From assembly GCA_973895155.1 (NCBI GenBank), contig OZ316894.1:26521240-26585239 (forward strand): a stretch of DNA of 64,000 bases, in the 5' to 3' direction. The stretch is from Marsupella aquatica (Eukaryota > Plantae > Marchantiophyta). The position numbers and the translations under genes were made by a program. The notes under the pieces were generated by a model. That model was given only the letters and a program-made list of their open reading frames with translations. It had not been told where the DNA came from and did no database searches. Below, piece after piece: positions 1 to 11,273 of this stretch; the stretch's first letter is position 1; each line of letters starts with the position of its first letter.

Positions 1-16
1 TAGACGTCCAGAGTGG

Positions 17-285
17 ACGTCCTACTCTGGAGCATACCATTTTTTGGTTTTTTCTTTGAAAGTAGAAAGCAGGGCCCCCATCTCTGAACAGAGGATAGAC
101 GTCTGAACGGAGGATAGACGTTCTACTCTGGAGCATACCATTTATATATAAACGTCCTACTCTGGAGCATACCATCTTATATATAAACGTCCTACTCTGG
201 AGCATACCATTTTATGTAGGGTAGCCACAAGGGAAATCTACTCTGGAACATGCCATTTTATGCAGTGTAACCACAAGGGAGCAAT
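17..285. repeat. Degenerate tandem repeat with a ~35-bp unit (ACGTCCTACTCTGGAGCATACCATTT core, ~5 copies), followed by two GTAxCCACAAGGGA units
   Basis: The core CTACTCTGGAGCATACCAT recurs at ~22, ~123, ~156 and ~192, with a degenerate copy at ~238. Confidence 0.9.
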
Positions 286-383
286 CCCCAGGGACCAGAC
301 CAGGAGAGAGAGAGTGTTGAACTGGGGCCCAAAGAGAACCAGCCAGGGGCTGAGGAGGGTTGAGGAGAAACCAGGACTCCCTC

Positions 384-424
384 TTTAGCTGTTTTGATCA
401 CCTGTTTAGCTGTTTTGATCACCT
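384..424. repeat. 21-bp tandem duplication
   Basis: TTTAGCTGTTTTGATCACCT occurs twice in tandem. Confidence 0.85.
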
Positions 425-1247
425 AAATCACTTGAATGATTTTTTTGTTGGAATTTTTGCATTTATTAGTGTGTATGTTATGTTATGTCTAACTGTTTTT
501 CTTTGACTTGTCTCAAACAAGAATAGGCATGTTTGTATAGAGAACTATAATACAAGGTCCCGCTCTTTTATAGAGTGGTCGTCCTTTGAATTTGCAGGCC
601 CAAAACGTAAGCAATTTGACAAAGAGAAGGAACAAACAAAACATTAATTACATTTAGTGTGAAGGGAAAAACACTTTTTCCAAGCAAGAAAAGTGGGTTG
701 CCAATGCACAAGAGTCCTTTTGGTACCATCCATCCATGCATATAAACTGTTCATCCCTCTACCATTTTTTACCACTATAATACCCTATCCCTAATAAAAA
801 AGTGTGAACCAATTTTGACCATTTCATCAAAACATTGTTTTTTAACTCCATCAGATCTATCCATATACCCCATCTAAAATAAACATATGTCCAAGATGCC
901 CTTTAGCCTGCCCGCACCTGCCCAAGATGAAGAACTTAATTAAAAATTAATTAGATTGATTCACATTTAAATTTATATTGGAAATTTTGAAAAAAAATTG
1001 ACTTTCTTTTTAAGTTTCAATATAAATTTCAATATAAAATATTTATTTCTCTAAAATAATTAAAGTTAAAAAAACTATAATTTTTACTCTCCCTCAATTG
1101 TGCTTGGACTCTATGATGCGGTGGCTGCTATCTCCGGTCTCAAATTCCTATGTGCAATGGATTGGTTATTGAACACGACCACAAAAGTGTATGGTCGGGA
1201 TCACATGTAACATGTCTCCATAACTACATTGTAAAACTTATAATTTC

Positions 1248-1752
1248 TTGTCTCACTTGATATCTTTTTCTAATCTTCACATATTATCTCTCCTCAACAT
1301 CTTTTCCTTGCCTTGCCATTTTTTTCTCATCTCACCATCTTTTCTCACATTGACATCTTTATCTTACCAGAACATTCTATTCTCACCCTCGACATTTTTT
1401 TCTCACCCTCAACATTTTTCCTCCTCAACATTTTTTCTCACCTTGATATCTTATCTTTTTCTCATCTCGCCATCTTTTTCTCACCTTGACATCTTTACCT
1501 CACAATGACATCTTTTCCTCACCCTCAACGTCTTTTCTCTCCTCGACATGTTTTCCCCATCTTGACGTCTTTTTCTCACCTTAACATCTTTATCTCACCA
1601 CGACATCTTTCCCTCAACCTGGCTATCTTTTCTCTCCTCGACATGTTTTTCTCACCTCGGTAGTTTTTCTCTCTCAATCATCAACATCTTATTCATCTAG
1701 ACATCTTATTTCACCTCAACATCTTTTGTGCAATGCACAGGTAATGGGCTAC
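1248..1752 (+). mobile_element. Pyrimidine-rich degenerate ~20-bp tandem repeat (TCTCACCTYRACATCTTTT) ending in a Helitron-type 3' terminus
   Basis: Many degenerate CTCACC..GACATCTTT units. The array ends in TTGTGCAATGCACAGGTAATGGGCTAC (1726-1752), i.e. a GTGC-AAT-GCAC hairpin followed by a CTAG-like end. Confidence 0.6.
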
Positions 1753-2109
1753 TTCTTACGTAACAAACTATTCCTGTTTGTAACCAATAGTGCTGATGTG
1801 GCTGCATGTACTTCCCAGAATTTTGGAAGGAGCTTTCCATGGGATCCGTAACCAAATATAAAAACCATGATGTATTTGTATATACAATAAAAAAATGGCA
1901 ATGTTATCATTTGGAATACCTTTAGTGGTAATGTACTTAAAAGCTGATATAATGATTCAGCCATTGAAATGTGAGCTACTTTGTAGCATGAAGAGTGACT
2001 TCTAAACACTATGACATGGGATTTGCCTTTTCTTTTTCATGGTCTGTTTAAGAAATATTACTTGGGTGTGGGCTTGGGTGGGAGGACTAACTAGATGGAC
2101 CTAAATGTG

Positions 2110-2266
2110 TGACTGTGCACCTTTTCCATGTCCAATCCATCACTCTCCCCTAACTTGCACATTCCTTGAAATCCAGTTGTCTATGTCACCTAGTATGCTT
2201 GACAAATCTTTCATTCAAAATCACTTACTCTCAGTAATATTGGGGCAATGCATAGACCTGGGCTAG
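2110..2266 (+). mobile_element. Non-autonomous Helitron-like fragment (3' end)
   Basis: Ends in TTGGGGCAATGCATAGACCTGGGCTAG|T. Internal blocks (GTGCACCTTTTC, TCACTCTCCC, TCACTTACT) align with the minus-strand copy at 45557-45745. Confidence 0.6.
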
Positions 2267-2328
2267 TAGACAATAATAGCTCCTCAAACTTTGGGCTAAA
2301 GTTCTTCCCTTTTGGAGCATATAGCACA

Positions 2329-2352
2329 CTAGCTCGAATACCCGTGCATATG
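2329..2352 (-). mobile_element. Helitron-type 3' terminus
   Basis: The minus strand reads CATATGCACGGGTATTCGAGCTAG|T, matching the GCACGGG...CTAG end typical of plant Helitrons. Confidence 0.5.
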
Positions 2353-2502
2353 TGCCGAAAGAGCTCCATGCCTGCTCCTATTCACAAGCATAGTTTAAAG
2401 ATTAAAATTTTCTATTAATACCAGAAAAATTACAGCCTGTGGATTCATGCTATGGAGTAGATCATGGACAGCAGACTTAGATTGTGAATTATAGATATAT
2501 AG

Positions 2503-2850
2503 ATAGCCCAATGACCATGCATTGCACAACATTGTTTGATAGTAAGTCATATTGAGCGGAATTGTTGTTGAGCCTAAACTGACATGACCAGTGAGTCAGA
2601 CACACTCAGTCGGGAATCTGTGAGCCAGCTTAGTGACTGGATTTAGGAGAGTGCAAGCTGGTGAGAGAGTGCAAGCTGGTGAGAGAGTGCAAGCTGGTGA
2701 GAGAGTGCAAGCTGGTGAGAGAGTGGCCGCACCTTTAGGTCCATCTCTTGGTTAGGAAAATTTGTCACTGTAATCAAATAGCCAAGGAGACCTCCCATCA
2801 AAATCACATTTTGTAAAGAGACCCTGAGAAAGAAACAGTGGGATTGCATA
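2503..2850 (-). mobile_element. Non-autonomous Helitron-like element containing an 18-bp tandem array
   Basis: The minus-strand end is TTGTGCAATGCATGGTCATTGGGCTAT. The adjacent TGTTTGATAGTAAGT is shared with the copy at 45557. The 5' motif TTTCTCAGGGTCTC..ACAAAATG resembles 54830-54860. Confidence 0.6.
2647..2725. repeat. 18-bp minisatellite GAGAGTGCAAGCTGGTGA x4
   Basis: Four perfect tandem copies plus a partial copy. Confidence 0.95.
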
Positions 2851-2919
2851 TTCTAGTGTTTAGATAATAGCTCCTCAAATTTGAGCTACAGGCCTCAAAT
2901 TTTGGAGCACTGTCTCATA

Positions 2920-3216
2920 CTCGGGGGTCTCACTATATGGGGACCTCCCCATCGCCTGCGACGTTTTTAGGCCTCGGACCCCCTAAAATGTAAGAAAAAA
3001 ATATTATTTTTTAACCCCTATAAAGTTGGAATATTCTTGGAATATTCTAAAATTTGGATTAAAAAGACCCTTATATTCTTATAAGTCTCAAAATTGAATT
3101 TAAAAGACCCTATTGTTCTTCTACAAAAATTCTTAAGTCTTCCCTTAGAACCAATAAAATGACCCTATCCTTCGTTGCACGTGATATGCCATTTTTGTGG
3201 AAGTGAGACCCCCGAG
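2920..3216. mobile_element. 297-bp MITE with 15-bp perfect TIRs and an 8-bp TSD (hAT-like)
   Basis: CTCGGGGGTCTCACT (2920-2934) and AGTGAGACCCCCGAG (3202-3216) are exact reverse complements. GTCTCATA is duplicated at 2912-2919 and 3217-3224. The interior is AT-rich and non-coding. Confidence 0.9.
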
Positions 3217-4773
3217 GTCTCATACATTGGAAACACACAATTATTGTGTACGTTTAATCCCTTCTCACTGTTTCTCTTTGTATTTTTTAGTGGAGCTTGG
3301 AATAGAAGCCACACTCCAGGCCGGATTGACGCATTGTGCAACTTATACCCTCCACTTGTCTCTTGGTAGAAAGTTTACAACACTGTTTCCAGGTTTGTCC
3401 TCAAGTGTGAAGAAATGAAGAAGATTGTAATAAATAGTGGATTTTGGCTCAAACTGCCCTATTGACAAGATGTTTGGCATCAACAAAACAAGGGTCACCA
3501 CAAAATTGAGAGGGACACATGGATTAGGCATAGAACAATTTGAGCAAATTTGGCGATTGAGCACTAGTGTTGTTATTATTATTTTATCTTTAGCGAGCAC
3601 CATTAAATGACAAGGGAGTCTGGAATAAAACCTAACTTACAAAACAAGAAAAGAAATCAGTGAAGAAGATAGTAATTGGCTTATACTTTTTGTGAGTAAG
3701 AAACACTGAACTAGGAGTGTGGTGTCGTGCGCATAATTAACCTACACAAACATAACCTACACAAACATAAGAAAATGGAATATAAGTGGAACTCATGTCC
3801 AGAACCCACAATAATATTTCCATTAATCAAACAACGATCGATGCCAACAACACACAATCAATCTTGTTCGATCCGATCACACATGTAGGTGGAGCCACAC
3901 GCACCTTGCACTCAAGGAATCCGCTTTCAAGGGCACACCATCGCCGCCAGAGCTCATGCTTGAAGGCTGAACATCGAAAGATGAGGCCTTCAAGCCACCA
4001 CAAAAGAATAACTATCCCTCACAAACACAAACTGAACCCTATCGGCTCATACAGCACACATATGAAAACTCTATACTTGGGTAGTACAATATACTCTACT
4101 AACACCTAGAATGGTGTGACAATGGGAGGCATGGGAGGCCTGCAATCCCTTTAGTGTAGCTAGCTAGTGTGGATCTGTTTGTTGTCTAAAACACTAAATA
4201 TATGAAAATGCAGGGAAAAATTATATTGACACAGTGCAAGAGAAAGAAAAGTGTCAAACTGTTAAATATGATCCCAAATACAAGAAACCTAAGAAATGTG
4301 AGAAAACAAAGAATAACCTAAGAAGACTAACTATCCAAAAAGCCCAAAAAAGCCCATTAATCTCCACAATACATACAAAAGAGGTGACTTTGGAAGAGAG
4401 AAAGAAGGGGAAAGGGCAGGGAGAGGATCTGGAAGTCAATCTTTTATTTTCTTCCCTTGTTGTTTTGAGATACTGGAAGGGGGGTGGAAAGTATTGGAGG
4501 AGGCACTTTGGGGTCTGATTTTGTACTTTGCTTGTGAGAGCAACTATAGTGAAGGGCTTAGTTTCTGAAAATGACTTTGAAAGTGTTATGCTGTTTTATT
4601 AAAATAAAATCTTTATGGGGTGATTTTCCCACGACCTGACTTAGGTTTGTTTTCCCTATGATTATGTGTGATAGGACCATCTATGGTAGCAATATGGGTG
4701 TGAGAGGACAGTCAATTAGTCTAGTAGGGCATGTCAAACCTGGGCTTGACAGGCCCAGTGGGTATCCGTCCAA

Positions 4774-4836
4774 TGTCCCAGTGGCAACTTGGGAGTGAGA
4801 TTTCTTGTCCCAGTGGCAACTTGAAGTGAGATTTCT
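4774..4836. repeat. ~32-bp tandem duplication
   Basis: TGTCCCAGTGGCAACTTG(GG/A)AGTGAGATTTCT occurs twice. Confidence 0.85.
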
Positions 4837-5420
4837 CCATCATTGTTGAATGTCTGACAAGGTAACATAGCTCAAATAGGATTCAGTGAGCTTGTAACAA
4901 GTCAATCACTAGATTCTGATCAAAGATGATGAGAAATACACACAGGTACATCACATTGTTCACTTGATACTTTTCACTTCAAAGTTCAACACTTGTACAC
5001 TGATATTCCATCAAGAAATAGAGGGAGCTGTTTTTTATGCCCATCATTTTTGCCCCAAAGTCAGGTACATCCCATGGTTCATTTGATCTGGTCGATTTTT
5101 AAGTTTTGCACTTTCTAGATGGGTAATCCATTGAGAGACTTGCGGGAGCGGTTTCAATGTCCATTGTTTTGCTTGTATTTCAGGTCTCACACACCCTACT
5201 GTCCCCTAAGCAATAAACTTAGCCAAAAGTCTTACTCATTTTTGGCAAAAAATTGCAAGGCTTTTTGTCTTCCATTAGCCAGTTCCTCACCTGGCCAAAG
5301 GTTCCATAAGCCGGGATCTATCTGTTATCCTTAAATCATAAAATAAGATAAGTAATATTAAAACACATTAATAAGATAAGTAAGAAAAGGAAAACCTTAA
5401 AAATTAACCAAAAAATTACC

Positions 5421-5520
5421 ATGTGTAGTTTACCCAAGGGAGCAAGGGTCAGCTACAAAACCTAGTGTACCCAAGGGATAACCCTGTGTAGTGTACCCAA
5501 GGGAGCAAGGGTACACTACC
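5421..5520. repeat. Short repeats of TAGTGTACCCAAGGGA(GCAAGGGT), 3 copies
   Basis: Three copies here, a partial copy at ~5737, and a similar motif at 215-285. Confidence 0.75.
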
Positions 5521-5784
5521 AGACGCAAACACTAGTCAAGGGGTGGTCAACTACAATCAGAGCAGACAGGACGGATAGACGGCAGGGCAGGGTTTCATGC
5601 ATTAGAGCGACAAGCCACAAGCCCACACACCTCTGCCCCACCGCCCTCACAACAACATAGAGGGAGCGGCAGATTCCAACCATCACCTGGCCATCGGTTC
5701 TTTTTTAGTTGGAAGAGGAAAGATCTGGAAGAAAACCTGTGTAGTGTACCATAGTCACGAGTTCAGGGTTAGGAGTGCCTCAAT

Positions 5785-6347
5785 TAGGGAGTCTCAAACC
5801 TGTAGGATTGCAAAAAAGACCTGGCCCAAGAGTACCAGTTTTGGTCTTCAGTCACAAGTGCACGGACAAGTTTTTTTTGTGTCAGCCACTTGAGTTCTGG
5901 GAAAACTACCTTGACGTGACCAGAGGCAGAACTCAGAGGTTTAAGACACACAAGTGCACGGACAAGCTTTTTTGTGTCAGCCACTTGAGTTCCGGGAAAA
6001 CTACCTTGACGTGACCAGAGGCAGAACTCAGAGGTTTAAGACACACAAGTGCACGGACAAGCTTTTTTTGTGTCAGCCACTTTAGTTCCGGGAAAACTAC
6101 CTTGACGTGACCGGAGGCAGAACTCAGAGGTTTGAGACACCCTACTGATGACACCCTACTGACGACACCCTTGTAGATTGGACCATGGAGGAAGATGGCC
6201 AGCCGGCCCGCTATTCCGCCCACTATCTATACCTTGACGTGACCAGAGGCAGAACTCAGAGGTTTGAGACACCCTACTGAGGACACCCTTGTAGACTGGA
6301 CCATGGAGGAAGATGGCCACCCAGCCCGCTATTTCGCCCACTATCTG
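5785..6347. mobile_element. hAT-like non-autonomous element with a tandemly amplified right end (3 x 95-96 bp plus a ~120-130 bp duplication)
   Basis: Left TAGGGAGTCTCAAACCT (5785-5801) matches the inverted AGGTTTGAGACACCCTA at 6128-6144 and 6260-6276 at 16/17 positions. Repeat units start at 5853, 5949 and 6044. No matching TSD was found. Confidence 0.65.
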
Positions 6348-7372
6348 TTTCCTCAATAGAGCTGCCGCCGAATGGGAGCCTCTGCTAAGCATGGCAGGGA
6401 TCATTTTAGTTTGGCAGAGTGGTTTTATCTCCTCCCTTGGCAAACAGCCAAATGGAGGAACCTCTGGCAAGGTTCCTCCGCCAGAGGTTCCTCCATTTCC
6501 ACATCCATCGTCAACGAAAATCCTCCATAATGGAAACATTTTTGAGTATGGCGGGGATCATTTGTTTTGGCGCTTATGGTTTTATTCTATTCCCTCATGG
6601 GCCACGCTTGCGAAGTGGCCGAGGGGCGAATCGATTATTATGAAGGGGCCGACGTGAATTCCGAGGTGTAACTCGAGGAAAGCGACATTCATTGGACAAT
6701 CCTTCGACAATCCTTCGTCAAGGGTTTTTGTTTGTTTGATCACGTTCCCATGTTGATGACGGTTTGGACTCAAAATCTCTTCGTCTATCAAATCCCAGTT
6801 TGCCTCTGGAGCTCAGCGATCTTCAGGAATTTTGTTTGATTGTGTTCTCCTGATGATTTGAACTCGAAAACAGTTCATCATTTGTAGCGAATTCCAGTTG
6901 GCTGCTACGGGACATCTGCGATCGTCCGTGTTGTTGCGATTTCTCGTGAGAGGTGTGTCACTGCGAATCAATTGGTTGGTCAATTGAGTGCATGCACTCA
7001 CTGACTTGGCTGTCTTTGGAGTCTGTTTTGTGGGATGGTTGTGGAGAGCTTCTGCCGTCTCTCCTGTGATGTTAATGAAACCTTTCTTGCCAGTTCTCGT
7101 CTCTGATGCAGTTTGCTTTTGGCTCGGTTGCCGGTTTTGACAGTCATCTTTGAGAGCCATCTGTGAGCTGTCTGTGTCTGGCAAGGGAATTTCTGGGGTT
7201 TATGAGGCGGTTCTGGTTCAGTTTGTTCATGTGGGTTTTTGAGGAAATGTGCAATAGTTGATTCTTTTTCTAGAGGAGTCGAAGGTGGTCTGATTGTGTG
7301 TCTGCATAAGCGTGCATTTTAACATTGTTTACGTGCTCGTGGGGTCGGTGTGTGCTATATCTACTAGAGAAA

Positions 7373-10300
7373 ATGGCTTCCTGCGTGACTCTGGCTCTTA
7401 CGGTGGCACAATCGGTTGTGGCCACGTCGGGTTCCCATGTTTCGTCAGCGGCATTGGCCGTCTCTCCCGGCGCTGCCACTGCGGCTCCAATGCGGGGACT
7501 CCGCTCTTCTCCCATTTCGTCGTCCTCGTTCTTTTCTGGGTCTCTAGCTGTGAAGAGCATTCCCGCAGCAAAGGGCGTCTGTGCGCGCGCACAGTCCACC
7601 GGGCGAGTGGTGGCTTCTACCAACGGAACTGGTGCCCCCACCGGTTTGGCGATAGACTTACGAGGTGACTTTCTGTTAGTTTCTTTTCCGAAGCATGCTT
7701 TAGTGAATCAATCACTAGTTTCGCTCCTGATTCACTGCTAGTCAAGAGCTGACTTTAGAACACGTGTAAATCTGCCTTTTGGCGACTCCATCAGCTGGTG
7801 TAGACTCATACAATTGAGCTGACAACACTTCCGCCTGGTAGTCCATCGATCATGTTAGGGATTCAAAACTGAACTTAAGCGTTGCTCTCTCTCCAAGCTG
7901 TTTTGAATATATGAAGTCGGTTTCTTCATCTGCAGGGGGCTAAAGTTTTGTGATTTGGCCATGTGCAGGGAAGACTGCTTTCATTGCGGGGGTTGCCGAT
8001 GACAACGGATTCGGATGGGCCATTGCGAAGGCCCTTGCAGCAGCGGGAGCGACGATCTTGGTTGGAACTTGGGTTCCTGTAAGTGTCTACTTGAAAAGTC
8101 GCTGAGACTGTTTTCTTCAGGATTGGTTAGGACTGTCTTTTGCCATGCGTTAGATTTCTTTTGAATTCTATTTTCCATAAAGCGAAATAATTTTGTGTCT
8201 TTAGGCTCAATTTGCCTTGCGCTAGGAAAAAGTGAGTGTCTTGCTGATGAATTCCGAACTTTGGGCTTTGCAGGCTCTGAATATTTTCGAGACAAGCTTG
8301 AGGAGGGGAAAATTTGACGAGTCTCGAAAGTGAGCCCAGTACAGCCGATTTGGATGGCAACATTGTTTTTCGTGTGTGATCAAATGTCATAACGCTACTG
8401 GTCTCCTTCCATACTGAATCCTTGATTGTAGTCACTGACAGTAGCCGAATGTGTTGTTAGTGTGCGCTGTTGTGGACGACACCGATCCTCGAAGCTGACG
8501 CGAAAGGTTCTTTGCAGGTTGTCAAATGGATCGTTGTTTGAAATTGCCAAGATTTATCCTCTTGATGCCGTATTCGACACACCAGAGGATGTTCCTGAAG
8601 ATGTAAGTTGGAGCGGCAGTCAGCGTCATTCTGGTTGTGTAATTTCTTAGAAATGTTTTGGAAGCAGAACCACTCTGGCTGCGTGCTGGTGTCATTTTCT
8701 TTCCAGATATTGATCCTTTCGTATTGTCCTCTCGGCAGATTAAAAACAACAAAAGATATGCTAGCTCTTCAAAGTGGACTGTGAAGGTACATTTTATAAG
8801 AATCTCTTATTGGGATATCTGCTCTAACTTTCGGAAGATCTGTGATTCAAGCCCATCGAGAGTTCAGTGCATTTAATACAACTTGGATCATGTCCGAAGC
8901 AAATTCTAAGCGTAGCTTGTCCTCTACTGCTCCTCAGGAAGTTGCTGAGGATGTGTTTGCTGACTACGGAAAAATTGATATTCTTGTCCACTCACTAGCG
9001 AATGGCCCCGAGGTACGACTTTTGATGAGCGGCTCTTGTTGTAGTATCTTTATTCTGCCATGATAGTGCCATTTGTTCTTCAATGAAGACTATCAAATCA
9101 TTGGCGAAAGTGACCATCTGAAGCCTGGTATTTGGATGCTCAGGTTACAAAAGCTTTGCTTGACACTTCCCGAAAGGGATACCTGGCTGCTCTCTCAGCA
9201 TCATCCTACTCTTACATCTCACTCCTGAAGTATTTTGCACCTATCATGAATTCAGGTAAAGTGCTATGTTAATGAATGAATGCATTACATCCTGAAGAGC
9301 CTGAGCATTACATTTTCCGTGTCATTCCCAAGCTTAGTCTGGTTTTACTTGTTTTGAATATCTCATTCAAGAGAATTGTCTCCGCATATCGTCTGTTTTA
9401 TTTGTGTGTGTGTGGAGGTACTGGTGTGTGGGGGAGGTGGGGGGGTGTCGGGACCAGGTTCGACAAGCTGAAACGTTTTGATTCCTAAATCTAACCGGAT
9501 GAAATTTAGTCTAAACAAATGCCGCGTCTGTTTTGGCAGGTGGTGCTGCCATTGCGTTAACATATATTGCTGGCGAGAAAGCAATACCAGGGTGAGTATG
9601 AGCGGTCTAATTGTCTCACTCAACTATGCAAAACAGACTAGGATTGACTGTAGAAGATGTCGGTAAGACACTAAACGGTTGGAACTATGAGTTGAGAATC
9701 CACATGAGACTAAGCGGTCTTAGCACCACCTCCTATTGTCAACAAGGAAGTGTACCATGCACTGGAGTGTTGTCAGAGCTCTCTTGGCGAGTCTTGTTTT
9801 ACTTCGGGTCCCGAAGGCTTGCAAATTTATTCATTCTTTGTCCAAAATCCCCTGGATGTGTGGACATTACGAGCAGTGCACGCCTCTCCTTAAACGTTTG
9901 TCTTCCTTGAACTTTCAGATATGGAGGAGGGATGAGCTCTGCCAAGGCAGCCCTGGACAGCGATACACAGGTATATCCCTCGGACTCATCTGGATGCTAT
10001 CGTCACGTGATAATGTGCATGGAAATAACTCGGTAAGTGTTTTTGTAGGATAGCGGATGAGTTCGTGTAGGATCTTATTTTGCAAGTGATGTGATGTCAA
10101 ATGGCAATGCCATAAGTTGGTTTTTTCTTTCATTTGTCTCCTGTGATTCCCTCTGACTCTTCATTTCGTTGAACTTTTAAGGTACTGGCTTTTGAAGCTG
10201 GGAGGAAATACAATATTCGAGTGAATGTAATTTCTGCTGGTATGTCGCTCGCGTCTACCTTTATTTTCTTGGGATATCGCTTTTTAGGTTTAGGTTCCGG

Positions 10301-10792
10301 ACTAGTGAGAGTCACACATGAACTTTGAGTGGAAGCTGAAGTCAAGTTTGGTGTCTCTCAGGGCCATTGAGAAGCAGAGCTGCCAAGGCAATCGGTTTCA
10401 TTGATGACATGATCAATTATTCCTGCAACAATGCTCCCCTGCAAAAGGAGCTTGAATCTGGTGAGCGACATTCATCGACTTTTTATTTTATTTTATTTTA
10501 TTATTCAAGCATTATTATTGGTAGTGTGTGGGTAAGTGCTCTCTGCTATGACGTTTCCCAAGCGCCAATTACAGTCAAATCGCTCAGAAGAGTTATTGCT
10601 TACCTTACGTGAGTGTTTGCAGATGACGTCGGTAACACAGCTGCCTTCCTTGCATCACCACTGGCTTCTGCCATCACTGGAAGCGTTGTTTATGTCGATA
10701 ATGGACTGCATTGCATGGGTGTAGCGATTGACAGTCCTGCTATCAACAAAGTAGCAGATGCTCCAACCAAGAAAGCTAGTGTACCAGCTTAA
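7373..10792 (+). CDS. MOD1: Plastid enoyl-[acyl-carrier-protein] reductase (NADH), FabI/ENR/MOD1 homolog, 12 coding exons
   Basis: Exons 7373-7664, 7969-8078, 8274-8329, 8518-8602, 8739-8786, 8938-9012, 9144-9255, 9540-9591, 9919-9970, 10182-10239, 10362-10460 and 10623-10792 are all GT-AG and in phase. Ser/Ala-rich transit peptide. Motifs [37 protein letters not shown], catalytic [30 protein letters not shown] and YVDNG. Confidence 0.97.
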
Positions 10793-11207
10793 ACCTGATC
10801 ATGTTGAGTTAGCTACTGTTGTGCCCGCAGGGCCTCCACCCATAGGATGACAATGAGTCTGTCTGATCATGGAAAAGTAGGTAACCTAGCTAGTCTGGTG
10901 GACTCTTACGGCTAGACTCTAACTCGATTTAGTGAGGTCCCTATGGTATTTATTTTTTGGCTGGCGACATTGAAAGATATCCAGGCTTGGCTGCAAAGGG
11001 TGGGTCGTAGTTCAGAGAAGAAGATCTAGGAAGTAAAAGCGCAGTTAAGGCTGCATGGAGGATCGCCCTAGGCAGATAAATGTTAGAATGTGATTGTGTG
11101 AGATTTTTTGGATATTTCAATGAAAGCTGGCGCCCACTTTTCATAGCACGGAAACATACCGCCTTTCCCTCTCCGATGTCCTTATCCCTCTTGTTGGGCT
11201 TTGCGGT

Positions 11208-11273
11208 TGTAGAATGAAGAACTTATTGCAGAAATGCGTTTGTAGAATGAGGAACTTATTGCAGAAATGCGTT
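11208..11273. repeat. 33-bp tandem duplication downstream of ENR
   Basis: TGTAGAATGARGAACTTATTGCAGAAATGCGTT occurs twice with one mismatch. Confidence 0.9.

Noticed and set aside
1248-1508. 86-aa Ser/Leu/Phe-rich ORF
   Set aside because: It is low-complexity pyrimidine-rich repeat sequence and does not start with ATG.
5775-6657. Several 66-127 aa ORFs with internal repeats
   Set aside because: They arise largely from the tandem repeats and show no protein-family signal.
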